Origin: Desulfobacterales bacterium
GTDB taxonomy: Bacteria > Desulfobacterota > Desulfobacteria > Desulfobacterales > UBA5616
Direction of reading: 5' to 3'
Length of the DNA: 45,690 nucleotides
Assembly (NCBI GenBank): GCA_046483495.1
Contig: JAWODC010000066.1
Location: 1 to 45,690 of the forward strand
In this document: piece after piece, positions 18,847 to 28,628 of the stretch
Numbering within the stretch: the first letter of the stretch is position 1
Layout: each line of letters begins with the position of its first letter
The notes under the pieces: model-generated
Told to the model about the DNA's origin: nothing
Databases searched by the model: none
Seen by the model: the letters and a program-made list of their open reading frames with translations, nothing else
Position numbers and translations under genes: made by a program

Positions 18847-20781
18847 TTAGAGTTTCGGTTCGAGAAGGTTCGGATATTGGGCCTCTTGGGTCCCGTATAC
18901 CTTCTCCTGTTCGCGGGGATGATCCTTGAATGCCATCTCGAACTCGACTTCGGTGCCGCTTGCCGAGATGATTTTGGCGTTTGGATACTTTCGTTTAAAA
19001 ACGTGTACCATGGCTTGATTTTCCTTCAGCACCGAGGCCTTGAAGCCTTTATAATTATTTTCCTTGGCAATTTTCTCGAGCTGATCGATCAGATAGGAAG
19101 CGATTCCCATGTTCTGGTAGTCCTCACGCACCACAAAAGCAATTTCAGCCCATTCGTCTTCCGAGTCCGCATAGGATCCGATGGCGATGATTTCTTTATG
19201 TCCCCCCCGCTGAACCAGGCCGATGATGGACATGTTTTTTCGATAATCGATGCTGGCCCAATGTTTTTGAACGACTTCATGGGAGAAGCTTTTCATTTTG
19301 TAGAAGAATCGGAAGTAAATCGTTTTGTCCTGAAGGGAATAAAAGAAATTTCGGTAGCTGAATTCATCGGAGGGCAGCAGCGGCCTGAATTCAACCGTTT
19401 TCCCGTTTCTGAGCGTAAAGCTGGTTTTGTAGTTTTCAAGAAACAGCAGATCCTGCTCGGAAGGCGGCAGTTGGTCTTGAAAGATATAATGGCGCCGTTT
19501 GGCACACTGAACCAGTTCATCACGAAATCGGGGATGGGCGATTTGAGCCAGTTCCATCACCCGTTGATAGATGCTCTTTCCCTGCAGTTCGGCAATGCCG
19601 TATTCCGTTACGATAAAATTCACATCGCCCCTGGTCGTGGCTACCCCGGCCCCTTCACTGAGATGGGAAACAATCCGTGATACATTTCCGTTCTGGGCCG
19701 TAGACGGCAGGGCGATAATTGAAAATCCTCCCTTGGACATGGCGCTGCCGCGCAAATAGTCCACCTGGTCGCCGATGCCGCTGTAGAACATGTATCCAAC
19801 AGAGTCCGTGCAAATCTGTCCCGTCAGGTCGACTTCCAGGGCGGAACTGATGGATATGAGGTTGTCGTTCTGGGCAATCACATTGGGATCATTGACGTAT
19901 TCCGATGAACGGAAATAAAAAATGGGATTGTTGTCGACATATTGGTACAGACCTTCCGAACCCATGCAAAGGGACGCCACCACCCGGCCGGGAATATGAT
20001 TTTTCTTTTTGTTCGTAATGACTTTCTTCTCCAGAAGGGGCACCAGAGAATCCGTGATCAGCTGGGTGTGGATGCCAAGGTCTTTTTTGGTATCCAGGTG
20101 CTGCAAAATAAAATTCGGCAAGGTACCGAATCCAATCTGAAGGGTTGCGCCATCATCCACGAGTTGAGACACGAAATGCCCGATTCGCCTTGCGACTACG
20201 TTGTACTTGGTCAGATTCGGCAGCATTTCCACGATAGGCTCTTCATGCAGGACAAAATAGTCGAGTTCGTCAACATGGACGAAGCTGTCACCCCAGGTCC
20301 GCGGCATGCGGGGGTTTACCTGTGCGATCACCATTTTCGAATTCGACATCCCGGCGCGTGTGATATCGACGGAAACACCGAGACTGCAGTAACCGAATTT
20401 GTCCGGCGGGCTGACCTGAATGAGGGCGACATCCAGACCGATTCTGTGGCTGTAAAACAATCTCGGTATCTGTGACAGGTAAACCGGTATGTAATCGATC
20501 TTCCCCTCGAAGGCCGCTTTGCGCATTTCACGGCTGATGAAAAAGAGCTTTAACGAAAAGCGCCGCAAAAAGGAAGGATCATCCACATAATTGGCAAGGG
20601 TAAACGAAAGCATCTGATAAACGAGAATGTCCTGGAGCCCCCTGTCATTCACCATCGCCCGTATCAGTTCCTGAGGTTCACCACAGCCGGTGCCGATAAA
20701 AACCCTGCTGCCGCGCTTTATTTTAGAAACCGCCTGTTCGGCGGTGGCAATTTTCTTCGGACAATATTCGTGCAGATTCAT
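18847..20781 (-). CDS. Acetyl-CoA hydrolase/CoA-transferase-like domain fused to a GNAT acetyltransferase
   Basis: DGATLQIG, EVDLTGQ and VTEYGIAEL motifs; C-terminal GNAT (FRPL, EIAFVVREDYQNMGIA, N..M..VF). Confidence 0.9.
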   Translation of the reverse strand: MNLHEYCPKKIATAEQAVSKIKRGSRVFIGTGCGEPQELIRAMVNDRGLQDILVYQMLSFTLANYVDDPSFLRRFSLKLFFISREMRKAAFEGKIDYIPVYLSQIPRLFYSHRIGLDVALIQVSPPDKFGYCSLGVSVDITRAGMSNSKMVIAQVNPRMPRTWGDSFVHVDELDYFVLHEEPIVEMLPNLTKYNVVARRIGHFVSQLVDDGATLQIGFGTLPNFILQHLDTKKDLGIHTQLITDSLVPLLEKKVITNKKKNHIPGRVVASLCMGSEGLYQYVDNNPIFYFRSSEYVNDPNVIAQNDNLISISSALEVDLTGQICTDSVGYMFYSGIGDQVDYLRGSAMSKGGFSIIALPSTAQNGNVSRIVSHLSEGAGVATTRGDVNFIVTEYGIAELQGKSIYQRVMELAQIAHPRFRDELVQCAKRRHYIFQDQLPPSEQDLLFLENYKTSFTLRNGKTVEFRPLLPSDEFSYRNFFYSLQDKTIYFRFFYKMKSFSHEVVQKHWASIDYRKNMSIIGLVQRGGHKEIIAIGSYADSEDEWAEIAFVVREDYQNMGIASYLIDQLEKIAKENNYKGFKASVLKENQAMVHVFKRKYPNAKIISASGTEVEFEMAFKDHPREQEKVYGTQEAQYPNLLEPKL

Positions 20782-20883
20782 CTGTTATCCCCCGGTTCTT
20801 CTCTTTTTATCGTTTATATCACTTAAATTCGCGGTTTAGTCAAGACGTCAATCAAGTGCAGGCGCCGGGCGGCTTACATCCAT

Positions 20884-20929
20884 TTGACTCACCTTATTTA
20901 AATTGTTATATTCAATTATTTAAATAATT
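20884..20929 (+). promoter_or_regulatory. Sigma70 promoter of the Smr gene with a perfect 16-bp palindrome
   Basis: TTGACT-17 nt-TATATT, followed by AATTATTTAAATAATT at 20914-20929. Confidence 0.65.
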
Positions 20930-20936
20930 CGAGGAA

Positions 20937-21638
20937 ATGATGAAAGAATCCAAACGGCAACCAGTCAAGTCTCTGAAATATCTTGAACATTTGCTCAAGG
21001 ATAAAAAGCTCCCCCAAATGGGGCATTCTCTGAGGACGGCAGATCAGCCTCATAAGGAAGCCAATGCATGCCTTGATGAAAAGCAAATTTTTCTCGAGGC
21101 CATGACCGACGTCAGGCCCCTTTCCCGAAAAAATATAGTGGAAAAAAAGGTCGGCCGCCAACGCCGGTATTTCCTTGGACCCGGTGATCCGGACAGGGAG
21201 TCCCTGGATGAACTCCATCGGCTCGTAAAAGACGGCACAGGATTTGTGGTGGCCAGTACACCGGAATACATGGAAGGCACAAACTACAATGTCCACCCGG
21301 AAATTTCCAGAAGGCTCCACAAGGGCCGGTTTTCCATTCAGGGTCATCTGGACTTGCATGGTTTTTCCGTGGCGGGTGCGGAAGAGGCCTTTAATGCATT
21401 TATCAAACAGTCCATATTGGCGGGAAAACGCGCCCTGCTTATCATTCACGGCAGGGGTTTATCCTCCCCGGAGAAACCGGTTTTGAAATCCAAGGTTTTC
21501 GAATGGCTCACCTATGGTCCCTGGCGCAAGTGGGTCATTGCCTTTTCCAGTGCCAGGGGGTGTGACGGAGGTGCCGGGGCTACATACGTTCTCCTTCGGA
21601 AAAGTCCGGTTACCAAGAAAATGCGCAAGCGCAAGTGA
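20937..21638 (+). CDS. Smr/MutS2 domain protein
   Basis: FLEAMTDVRPL, LDLHG, IIHGRG, PVLK and GGAGATYVLL motifs. Confidence 0.92.
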   Translation: MMKESKRQPVKSLKYLEHLLKDKKLPQMGHSLRTADQPHKEANACLDEKQIFLEAMTDVRPLSRKNIVEKKVGRQRRYFLGPGDPDRESLDELHRLVKDGTGFVVASTPEYMEGTNYNVHPEISRRLHKGRFSIQGHLDLHGFSVAGAEEAFNAFIKQSILAGKRALLIIHGRGLSSPEKPVLKSKVFEWLTYGPWRKWVIAFSSARGCDGGAGATYVLLRKSPVTKKMRKRK

Positions 21639-21816
21639 TGCGGCCCATGCGCGGCAGTGCGGAATCCGCTCTAAATGGTATCGTTGACTGTAATTCCTGC
21701 CCGGCATGGGCAAAAACCGAGGGCCCGCTCTGCAATATAGTCGAAATAATATGATATTTCACTTGACTTTCCAATTAAAATGATTAATTTTGGCCTGCTT
21801 TACAAGTGGTGACAGT

Positions 21817-21858
21817 GTCCCCGATCCGGTGGAAAACCGATTCGGGGACTTTAATTTT
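21817..21858 (+). terminator. Terminator-like hairpin in the EF-G leader
   Basis: GTCCCCGA..CGGT-GGAAA-ACCG..TCGGGGAC followed by TTTAATTTT. Confidence 0.5.
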
Positions 21859-21878
21859 CAGCAAAGATAAGTTTACTT

Positions 21879-23954
21879 ATGAATAACAGTTTACAGCATA
21901 TCCGAAACATCGGGATCAGCGCTCACATCGATGCGGGCAAAACTACGCTTACCGAAAGAATCCTTTTTTATACCCAGCGGATTCATGCCATCCATGATGT
22001 GAAGGGAAAGGACGGCGTCGGGGCGACGATGGATTTTATGGATCTGGAAAAAGAGCGGGGAATCACCATTGCTTCCGCGGCGACGAATATCGAATGGAAG
22101 GATCATGAAATCAATATCATTGACACACCCGGCCACGTGGATTTTACGATCGAAGTCGAACGGTCCCTGCGGGTTTTAGACGGTGCTGTTCTTGTTCTCT
22201 GTGCGGTCGGCGGCGTGCAGTCCCAGTCCATAACGGTGGATCATCAAATGTCCCGTTACAAGGTCCCCTGTCTGGCATTTATCAACAAATGCGACAGGAG
22301 CGGCGCTAATCCCCATAAGGTCATCGAACAACTGAAGCAAAAACTCGGCCACAATGCCGTAGCCCTTCAGATTCCCATCGGACTGGAGGAAAACCTGAAA
22401 GGGGTTATCGATCTGATATCGATGAAGGCACTCTATTTCGATGGGGCACACGGCGAATCCATCCGTTCCGGCAACATTCCCGAACAACTTTTGGTCGAAG
22501 CCCAACACCATCGGGAAAAGCTGATCGATGCGGCATCCATGTTCTCCGATGACCTCATGGAGGCTGCCCTTGAAGACCACGTATCGGAATCCCAGTTGAT
22601 CGAGGCTGTTCGCAAAGGTGTATTGCACCGTGAATTGACACCGGTGTTTGTGGGATCTGCATACAAAAACAAAGGCATTCAACCGTTGTTGGACGGGATT
22701 TGCCGATATCTCCCCAGGCCGGCAGAAGTCGTAAATGAGGCACGGGATATTCATCAACCCGATTCAATGGTGGTCTTGAGCGGTGAAACCGAAGATCCCC
22801 TGGTGGCCCTGGCGTTCAAACTCGAAGACGGACCGTACGGCCAGTTGACCTATGTCCGGGTGTATCAGGGATTGATTTCAAAAGGAACTGTCGCGAAAAA
22901 CACCCGCAACGGCCGGAAAATCAAGATCGGTCGTGTAGTCAAAATGCACGCGAATCAGATGGAGGATATCGATAAGCTGCCGGCCGGTCACATCGGTGCC
23001 CTTTTCGGGGTGGACTGTGCATCGGGTGATACGTTCACCAGCCCTGAACTCGATCTTACGATGATGTCCATGTATGTGCCGGAACCGGTCATTTCCCTGG
23101 CGATTATTCCAAAGGACAATAAGGCCCAGGTTAATATATCCAAGGCCTTGAATCGTTTTACCAAAGAAGATCCGACGTTTAGAACCCACGTCAATGAAGA
23201 GACAAAAGACACCATCATTTCGGGAATGGGTGAGCTGCACCTCGAGGTGTACATCGAACGAATGAAAAGAGAGTACCATGCCGACGTGGTCACCGGTCCC
23301 CCGCGGGTCGCCTACAGGGAAACGATTTCAAAAGGGGTTGAATTCGACTATGTTCACAAGAAACAGACCGGTGGTGCAGGCCAATTCGGGCGTGTGGCCG
23401 GACGTATAGAACCCATCGACGGAGAAGAATTCGTTTTTGAAAACAACGTGGTCGGCGGTGCCATCCCCTCCCAGTTCATTCCTTCCTGTGAGAAGGGTTT
23501 CCGTGAATGCATGGCAAAAGGCAAGAAATTGGGATTTCCCGTATTCGGGGTGAAGGTAACCTTGAACGACGGCGGATATCACCCGGTGGATTCATCGGAC
23601 ATGGCCTTTCATACCGCCGCCCGTAACGCCTTTTTGTCTGTTTACGACAAAGCGGCCCCCGTCATTCACGAACCGATAATGAAGGTGGTGGTGGAATCGC
23701 CTGTCGAGTTTCAGGGTGCGGTAATGGGGTCGCTCAATCAGCGCAGAGGCATCATCGTCGGTTCCCAGGACGAGGGAAATTTCTGCATGATCGAAGCCCA
23801 GGTGCCCCTGGCGGAGATGTTCGGCTATTCCACCGCATTACGATCATTAACACAGGGGCAGGCGCAATTTACGATGGAATTCAGCAGCTACAGACAGGTT
23901 CCCCAATCCGTTTCCGAAGAACTGGCCAAAAAAGCCGCCCTGGAGAAAAAATAA
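21879..23954 (+). CDS. fusA: Elongation factor G (stand-alone, spdEFG1/mtEFG1-like)
   Basis: [23 protein letters not shown] and GMGELHLE motifs; DGVGATMD signature; not in an rpsL-rpsG context. Confidence 0.96.
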   Translation: MNNSLQHIRNIGISAHIDAGKTTLTERILFYTQRIHAIHDVKGKDGVGATMDFMDLEKERGITIASAATNIEWKDHEINIIDTPGHVDFTIEVERSLRVLDGAVLVLCAVGGVQSQSITVDHQMSRYKVPCLAFINKCDRSGANPHKVIEQLKQKLGHNAVALQIPIGLEENLKGVIDLISMKALYFDGAHGESIRSGNIPEQLLVEAQHHREKLIDAASMFSDDLMEAALEDHVSESQLIEAVRKGVLHRELTPVFVGSAYKNKGIQPLLDGICRYLPRPAEVVNEARDIHQPDSMVVLSGETEDPLVALAFKLEDGPYGQLTYVRVYQGLISKGTVAKNTRNGRKIKIGRVVKMHANQMEDIDKLPAGHIGALFGVDCASGDTFTSPELDLTMMSMYVPEPVISLAIIPKDNKAQVNISKALNRFTKEDPTFRTHVNEETKDTIISGMGELHLEVYIERMKREYHADVVTGPPRVAYRETISKGVEFDYVHKKQTGGAGQFGRVAGRIEPIDGEEFVFENNVVGGAIPSQFIPSCEKGFRECMAKGKKLGFPVFGVKVTLNDGGYHPVDSSDMAFHTAARNAFLSVYDKAAPVIHEPIMKVVVESPVEFQGAVMGSLNQRRGIIVGSQDEGNFCMIEAQVPLAEMFGYSTALRSLTQGQAQFTMEFSSYRQVPQSVSEELAKKAALEKK

Positions 23955-23972
23955 TTAACAGAGGATTTGAAC

Positions 23973-24680
23973 ATGGAAAACGATGCGGTCATCATTTCTA
24001 ATCCATTTAAACTGTCAAACAGCCGTACCGCCGATCTCATCGAAAAAGGAGGGTTCGGCGCTGTCGCCGCCAGGGCCGGTGTCGGGAAAACCGCTATGCT
24101 GGTCCAATTGGCTTTGAATAAAATGCTGATGGGCGAAAACGTCATGCATATCAGCCTGAATGAACCCGTCACGAAGGTGTCGTTGTGGTATAAAGAAATT
24201 TTCACCCATTTGGCGGATCAAAACAGCGTCAGTGATGCTGGCAGGTTATGGGAATCGATCCTGCCTCACCGGTTTATCATGACATTCAGGGTCGAGGGGT
24301 TCAGCGCGCCCAAACTCGAAGAGCGCATGACCGATCTTTCAGAGCAGCATATTTTTTTACCCGACATGATCATCATCGACGGCCTGCCGTTTACCGAAAC
24401 AGTCCGGGAGCCCTTGGTCGAGCTCAAACGCCTGGCCGAAAGGTATGGCACCGTCGTCTGGTTTACGGTCACGACGCATCGCCATGAAGAAGCCGCTGAT
24501 GAGGTCATTCCTCCGCAGCTTAAACCCGTAAAAGACATGTTCAGACGGATCATCAAGCTCAAACCCGAGGGCAGGATGATACATGTCTATGCGTTAATCA
24601 GCCCGGATTCCGGCTTCAACCAAACGCCTCTGGTATTTGATCCGTTTTCGATGACCGTGAGGGAACAAAGCGGTGCATAA
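23973..24680 (+). CDS. RecA/KaiC-like P-loop ATPase
   Basis: Walker A ARAGVGKT and Walker B MIIIDG. Confidence 0.8.
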   Translation: MENDAVIISNPFKLSNSRTADLIEKGGFGAVAARAGVGKTAMLVQLALNKMLMGENVMHISLNEPVTKVSLWYKEIFTHLADQNSVSDAGRLWESILPHRFIMTFRVEGFSAPKLEERMTDLSEQHIFLPDMIIIDGLPFTETVREPLVELKRLAERYGTVVWFTVTTHRHEEAADEVIPPQLKPVKDMFRRIIKLKPEGRMIHVYALISPDSGFNQTPLVFDPFSMTVREQSGA

Positions 24681-24721
24681 CAGCACCGGCTGATGAATCT
24701 CATCAAACTTGAAATGCGGGA

Positions 24722-25516
24722 TCACACGCGGAGGATAATGCCGACAGGACAATGATCGGAACCGAAAATGTCGTTTTCTATGAATGCGTCTTTGAGCTTG
24801 TTTTTTCTAATGATGCTCTCCGTTACAAAAAAATAATCGATCCGCCAACCGACATTTTTGGTTCTGGCATTGAAACGATACGTCCACCACGAATACTTAA
24901 CGGTATCCGGATAAACATATCGAAAGGTATCCACATAGCCTTCCCTGGTGATCTTGTCCAGCCAATCACGCTCGATCCTTAGAAAGCCGGAGTATTTCTC
25001 GTTGGCCCTTGGGTTTTTCAGATCGATTTCATTGTGTGCCGTATTGTAATCGCCGGCGATCACAAGGTGTTTACCCGATGCGGCGCACCGATCGGCATGT
25101 TGAAAGAAATCCCGGTAAAAGTCGAGCTTGTATTGCAGTCGTTCTTCACTCATTTTCCCATTTGGGAAATAGATGTTGAAAAATATAAAATCCTCGAACT
25201 CGAGCTCGAGTATCCGCCCTTCATCATCGTAACGGTTTATGCCGATGCCGTATGAGACGTTGACGGGCGACAATCGGGTGTAAACCCCCACACCGCTGTA
25301 CCCTTTTTTCCGTATGGAGTGGGACCAATAAGACGTGTAACCGGTGACGGACTCGATTTCGCCGGTCATCGTTGCCGGATGAAGCTTGGTTTCCTGGACG
25401 GCTACGATATCGGCATCGAGTTTTTCGAGTGCATCGAGAAAGCCCTTTTTCCGAATCGCCTTCATTCCATTGATATTCCAGGATATCAACTTGATTACTT
25501 CTTCACTCATAGACAT
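24722..25516 (-). CDS. xth: Exodeoxyribonuclease III (AP endonuclease)
   Basis: SWNING, QETK, GDYNTAH, GWRIDY and SDHCP motifs. Confidence 0.96.
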   Translation of the reverse strand: MSMSEEVIKLISWNINGMKAIRKKGFLDALEKLDADIVAVQETKLHPATMTGEIESVTGYTSYWSHSIRKKGYSGVGVYTRLSPVNVSYGIGINRYDDEGRILELEFEDFIFFNIYFPNGKMSEERLQYKLDFYRDFFQHADRCAASGKHLVIAGDYNTAHNEIDLKNPRANEKYSGFLRIERDWLDKITREGYVDTFRYVYPDTVKYSWWTYRFNARTKNVGWRIDYFFVTESIIRKNKLKDAFIENDIFGSDHCPVGIILRV

Positions 25517-25581
25517 GTCCCCTTATGATGCAGCACTGCCGATGTAATTTTTCCCGTTTCGAACAGCGAACGATTTCCTGT

Positions 25582-26238
25582 TTATCGTGATTTCGTCACC
25601 CCGACCCTCGGGCACATATCCGCCGCAGGACACCGGCTGCACAGAGGTGATACCGGACGGCATATGGACTGGCCGAACGCCACGAGATATTCATTGTATT
25701 TCGGCCAGTGTTTTTTAGGCAACTTTTTCCGAAGCGCCATCTCCGTTTCTTCCGGTGTTTTGGTTTCGACATAACCGATGCGATTGCTGATGCGATGGAC
25801 ATGGGTATCGACGCATACAGCCGGTATACCGAACCCTTCCGTCAATACCAGATTGGCTGTTTTGCGCCCGACGCCGGGTAGTGTCAGCAGCGACTCGAGG
25901 GTATTCGGCACCTTGCACTCATGCTGCTCGAGAATGATCCTGCTGATCTCGATGATTCGTTTGGCCTTTGTCGGATAAAACCCGACGGGATAGATCAATT
26001 TGCTGATTTTCCCTTCACCGAGCCTGATCATTTCGGATGGTGTTTTGGCAAAGGAAAACAGGCGTGATGCCGCTGCCGACGTGACTTCATCTTTCGTCCT
26101 GAGCGACAAGATAGTGGAAACGAGGATCTCAAACGGTGTGCCGCCGCGATTCGCAATAAAGGTGACAATCGGCGACCTCAGGGTTTCATAGGATTGTTTC
26201 AGCCGTTCGATAAACAGGTCGATGTGTAAAGCTTTCAC
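25582..26238 (-). CDS. nth: Endonuclease III
   Basis: Hh[15 protein letters not shown] and the 4Fe-4S motif CX6CX2CX5C. Confidence 0.95.
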   Translation of the reverse strand: MKALHIDLFIERLKQSYETLRSPIVTFIANRGGTPFEILVSTILSLRTKDEVTSAAASRLFSFAKTPSEMIRLGEGKISKLIYPVGFYPTKAKRIIEISRIILEQHECKVPNTLESLLTLPGVGRKTANLVLTEGFGIPAVCVDTHVHRISNRIGYVETKTPEETEMALRKKLPKKHWPKYNEYLVAFGQSICRPVSPLCSRCPAADMCPRVGVTKSR

Positions 26239-26342
26239 GTCGACATCACCCGCAGAAAAGGTTTTTATTCAGAACCCCGGCAGAGCAGCCGGGGTCACAT
26301 ACCTGTTTCCGAAGGGTGAATAAACACCCGAAAGACTTTCGA

Positions 26343-26801
26343 CTATTGACTTGGATGACATTCATTACAGCCGGTCGGGCCTGTCTTCGGGAGAGGTTCT
26401 TCAATATCTTTCAAGGACATTTCTTTTCTTAGATTTTCCTCTTTTATTTCCTTGTGGCAACTGATGCACTGGGCATGATAGGCGGTTTTAAAATAACGGT
26501 AAGCCTCATCCGGATTCGTCATCAGAAGTGACGTGCCCGAGTCATGGCAGCCGGAAGCCATGCAACCCAATTCCTCTTCACCCCCGGTCCATTCATGATG
26601 GCACACTTTGCAGCTGTAGTCGAAATGCACCGAATGCGGAAATTCCACAGGCGCTCTTTCAGCTTCCACGCCTTTCGGAGGCGTTAATGTAATCGTACCC
26701 AGAGGAAAACAAAGCTCGCCTTCTTCCGAGCCGGCGAATCCATTTCCTGCAAAAAATCCGATCATCCCCATGCATAAAATCCAAATAAGCATCTGCTTCA
26801 T
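26343..26801 (-). CDS. Periplasmic tetraheme cytochrome c3 (class III)
   Basis: Signal peptide, FPHSVH, and four heme motifs: CKVCH, CMASGCH, CISCH, CNECH. Confidence 0.92.
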   Translation of the reverse strand: MKQMLIWILCMGMIGFFAGNGFAGSEEGELCFPLGTITLTPPKGVEAERAPVEFPHSVHFDYSCKVCHHEWTGGEEELGCMASGCHDSGTSLLMTNPDEAYRYFKTAYHAQCISCHKEIKEENLRKEMSLKDIEEPLPKTGPTGCNECHPSQ

Positions 26802-26894
26802 TCTACCCTTCCTCCTGCATAAGAAAATAACCTCATGTGGTGTTTTTTATACGGCGCGAAAAAAAATCCATCCCGATTCCGGACGGACACACAC

Positions 26895-27041
26895 TAGTGA
26901 TCTTCCGGAAATGATAGATTTTGGTCTTGAGCAAGACATAAGCTCTTTTTGAAACCGCAAGAACAGTGAACTATTTTGAGGACTTCAAAAAGGCGAAAAC
27001 GCCGCTCGAGGCCGAAAGACGCCGTTTCCGGATGAACACTA
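26895..27041 (+). repeat. Dispersed palindromic element, copy 5
   Basis: TAGTGATCTTCCGGAAATG...CTTTTTGAAACCGCAA-hairpin-TGAGGACTTCAAAAAG...AACGCCG...CGTTTCCGGATGAACACTA; TA at both ends. Confidence 0.82.
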
Positions 27042-27064
27042 ACTACTGTGATGATATGGGATTG

Positions 27065-28315
27065 TCAAGAAAACTTCGATATTTTCCGAATGGATCTGAT
27101 CCGGTTCAATACAGGAGGATGGGAATAATGAAGAAAGACATAGAATGGATGGGGTGCCGGATTACCGAGGTTGTCCACAAACAGTTTTTTTAACGCCGTC
27201 ACCAGATCTTCCGGTTTTCCGGTGGTTTTCACGGCAAAGGCGTCGGCACTGTATTCATTTTTGCGGGATAGGGCATTAAACAGGAGCCCCACAACGAATC
27301 CGGCCGGGGAAAACAGGATGCCGAAAAAAACGAGTCCGGCATATACCGATTGCTGCTCAACAAAGAAGGCTTCGAATAAGCCCTCGAATGAAATGCAGAT
27401 CGATAGCAGAAAAAACATCGCACCGATTTGAAAAAAACCGATGATCATCATAAGCGGAATATGCCTTAATTTATAATGCCCCATTTCGTGCGCCAAAACG
27501 GCTGTTATTTCCGGCACTGAATGTCGGTTTACAAGCGTGTCGAACAGCACTATCCGCTTGTTTTTGCCATATCCGGCAAAGAATGCATTGGATTTGGATG
27601 ATCGTTTCGACCCGTCCATAACGTAGACGTTTTTCAGGGGAAAATTGATTTTTTCGGCATAATTCAAGATGCCGGTTTTCAGTTCACCCTCGGCTATGGG
27701 ATCGAACGTGTTGAAGAGCGGCATGATCCATGCAGGACCCGCAAACTGGACCAAAACCATGATGGCGGCGGCAAGGGCCCAGCACCAGACCCAGGCAGCG
27801 GGTCCGGCATACTGAAAAAAAAGGAGAACAGCGGCCGTAAAGGGGAGCCCCAGAAAAATGAACAGGATGAGCGCCTTAACGGTGTCTTTTACAAAAAGCC
27901 CCGCGGTTGTCGTGTTAAAACCGAACTTTTCCTCAATATAAAAGGTTCGCCAGCATCGGAAGGGGAGATAAAGAAGTCCCTGGAGACCGACTAAGACACC
28001 CAGATATATAATGCCCGGCAAAACACCGGACAAGTTCAGGCCTCGAACCCATTCATCGAGCAGATAAAATCCCTTGCCGAACCACAACCCAAGAATAACC
28101 ATGAAGCTGAATGCCGACCATATCCAGTCAAACCGGGTATTTGCCTTAATGTATCGCCTTGATGTTCGATATCTTTCGAGATCATAATACCCGATGAATT
28201 CATCCGGCAGGGATGTGTCGAGCTCGTTAAGATTGAGCATGTCGCCGATAACGTTGACGAGCATGTCCAGGCATAGAAACGTCAGGATCAATACGGCAAT
28301 GAAATTCAAATCCAT
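27065..28315 (-). CDS. M48 family (Ste24-like) zinc metallopeptidase
   Basis: DGSKRS, NAFF, HEMGH, E..AD and SHPP motifs; multiple TM segments. Confidence 0.94.
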   Translation of the reverse strand: MDLNFIAVLILTFLCLDMLVNVIGDMLNLNELDTSLPDEFIGYYDLERYRTSRRYIKANTRFDWIWSAFSFMVILGLWFGKGFYLLDEWVRGLNLSGVLPGIIYLGVLVGLQGLLYLPFRCWRTFYIEEKFGFNTTTAGLFVKDTVKALILFIFLGLPFTAAVLLFFQYAGPAAWVWCWALAAAIMVLVQFAGPAWIMPLFNTFDPIAEGELKTGILNYAEKINFPLKNVYVMDGSKRSSKSNAFFAGYGKNKRIVLFDTLVNRHSVPEITAVLAHEMGHYKLRHIPLMMIIGFFQIGAMFFLLSICISFEGLFEAFFVEQQSVYAGLVFFGILFSPAGFVVGLLFNALSRKNEYSADAFAVKTTGKPEDLVTALKKLFVDNLGNPAPHPFYVFLHYSHPPVLNRIRSIRKISKFS

Positions 28316-28506
28316 CTTCGGCCATGTATGGGAATCAGTGGTTTTTTTCTTAATCTATTTCAAAAGCTTTTTGTTTTTCAAGTGAATTTTACAAACCACG
28401 CATTTGAAAATGGCATACAGAAAGCCCCTGAGGTTCGATTCATCCGATTTTCGCTCGAACCCGGATTTGTGGGACCGGTTTATTCCAGACGAGATTAAGA
28501 TTACTA

Positions 28507-28537
28507 TTGACAAAATTACGTTTTTTTGAACGTTATT
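28507..28537 (+). promoter_or_regulatory. -35 box with overlapping inverted repeat (putative operator)
   Basis: TTGACA followed by AATTACGTT-N6-AACGTTATT. Confidence 0.45.
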
Positions 28538-28628
28538 TGTTTTTATTCCGGCCGATTTCTGACGGCCGTAAGCTGATCACCTGTTGTTCATCCCCGAAAA
28601 AGCGCGCCGAACGAAAGGAGAAGGTTGC

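Noticed and set aside
28398..28498. Possible highly degenerate copy of the 140-bp element
   Set aside because: Only weak end similarity and no CCGCA/GAGGA core.
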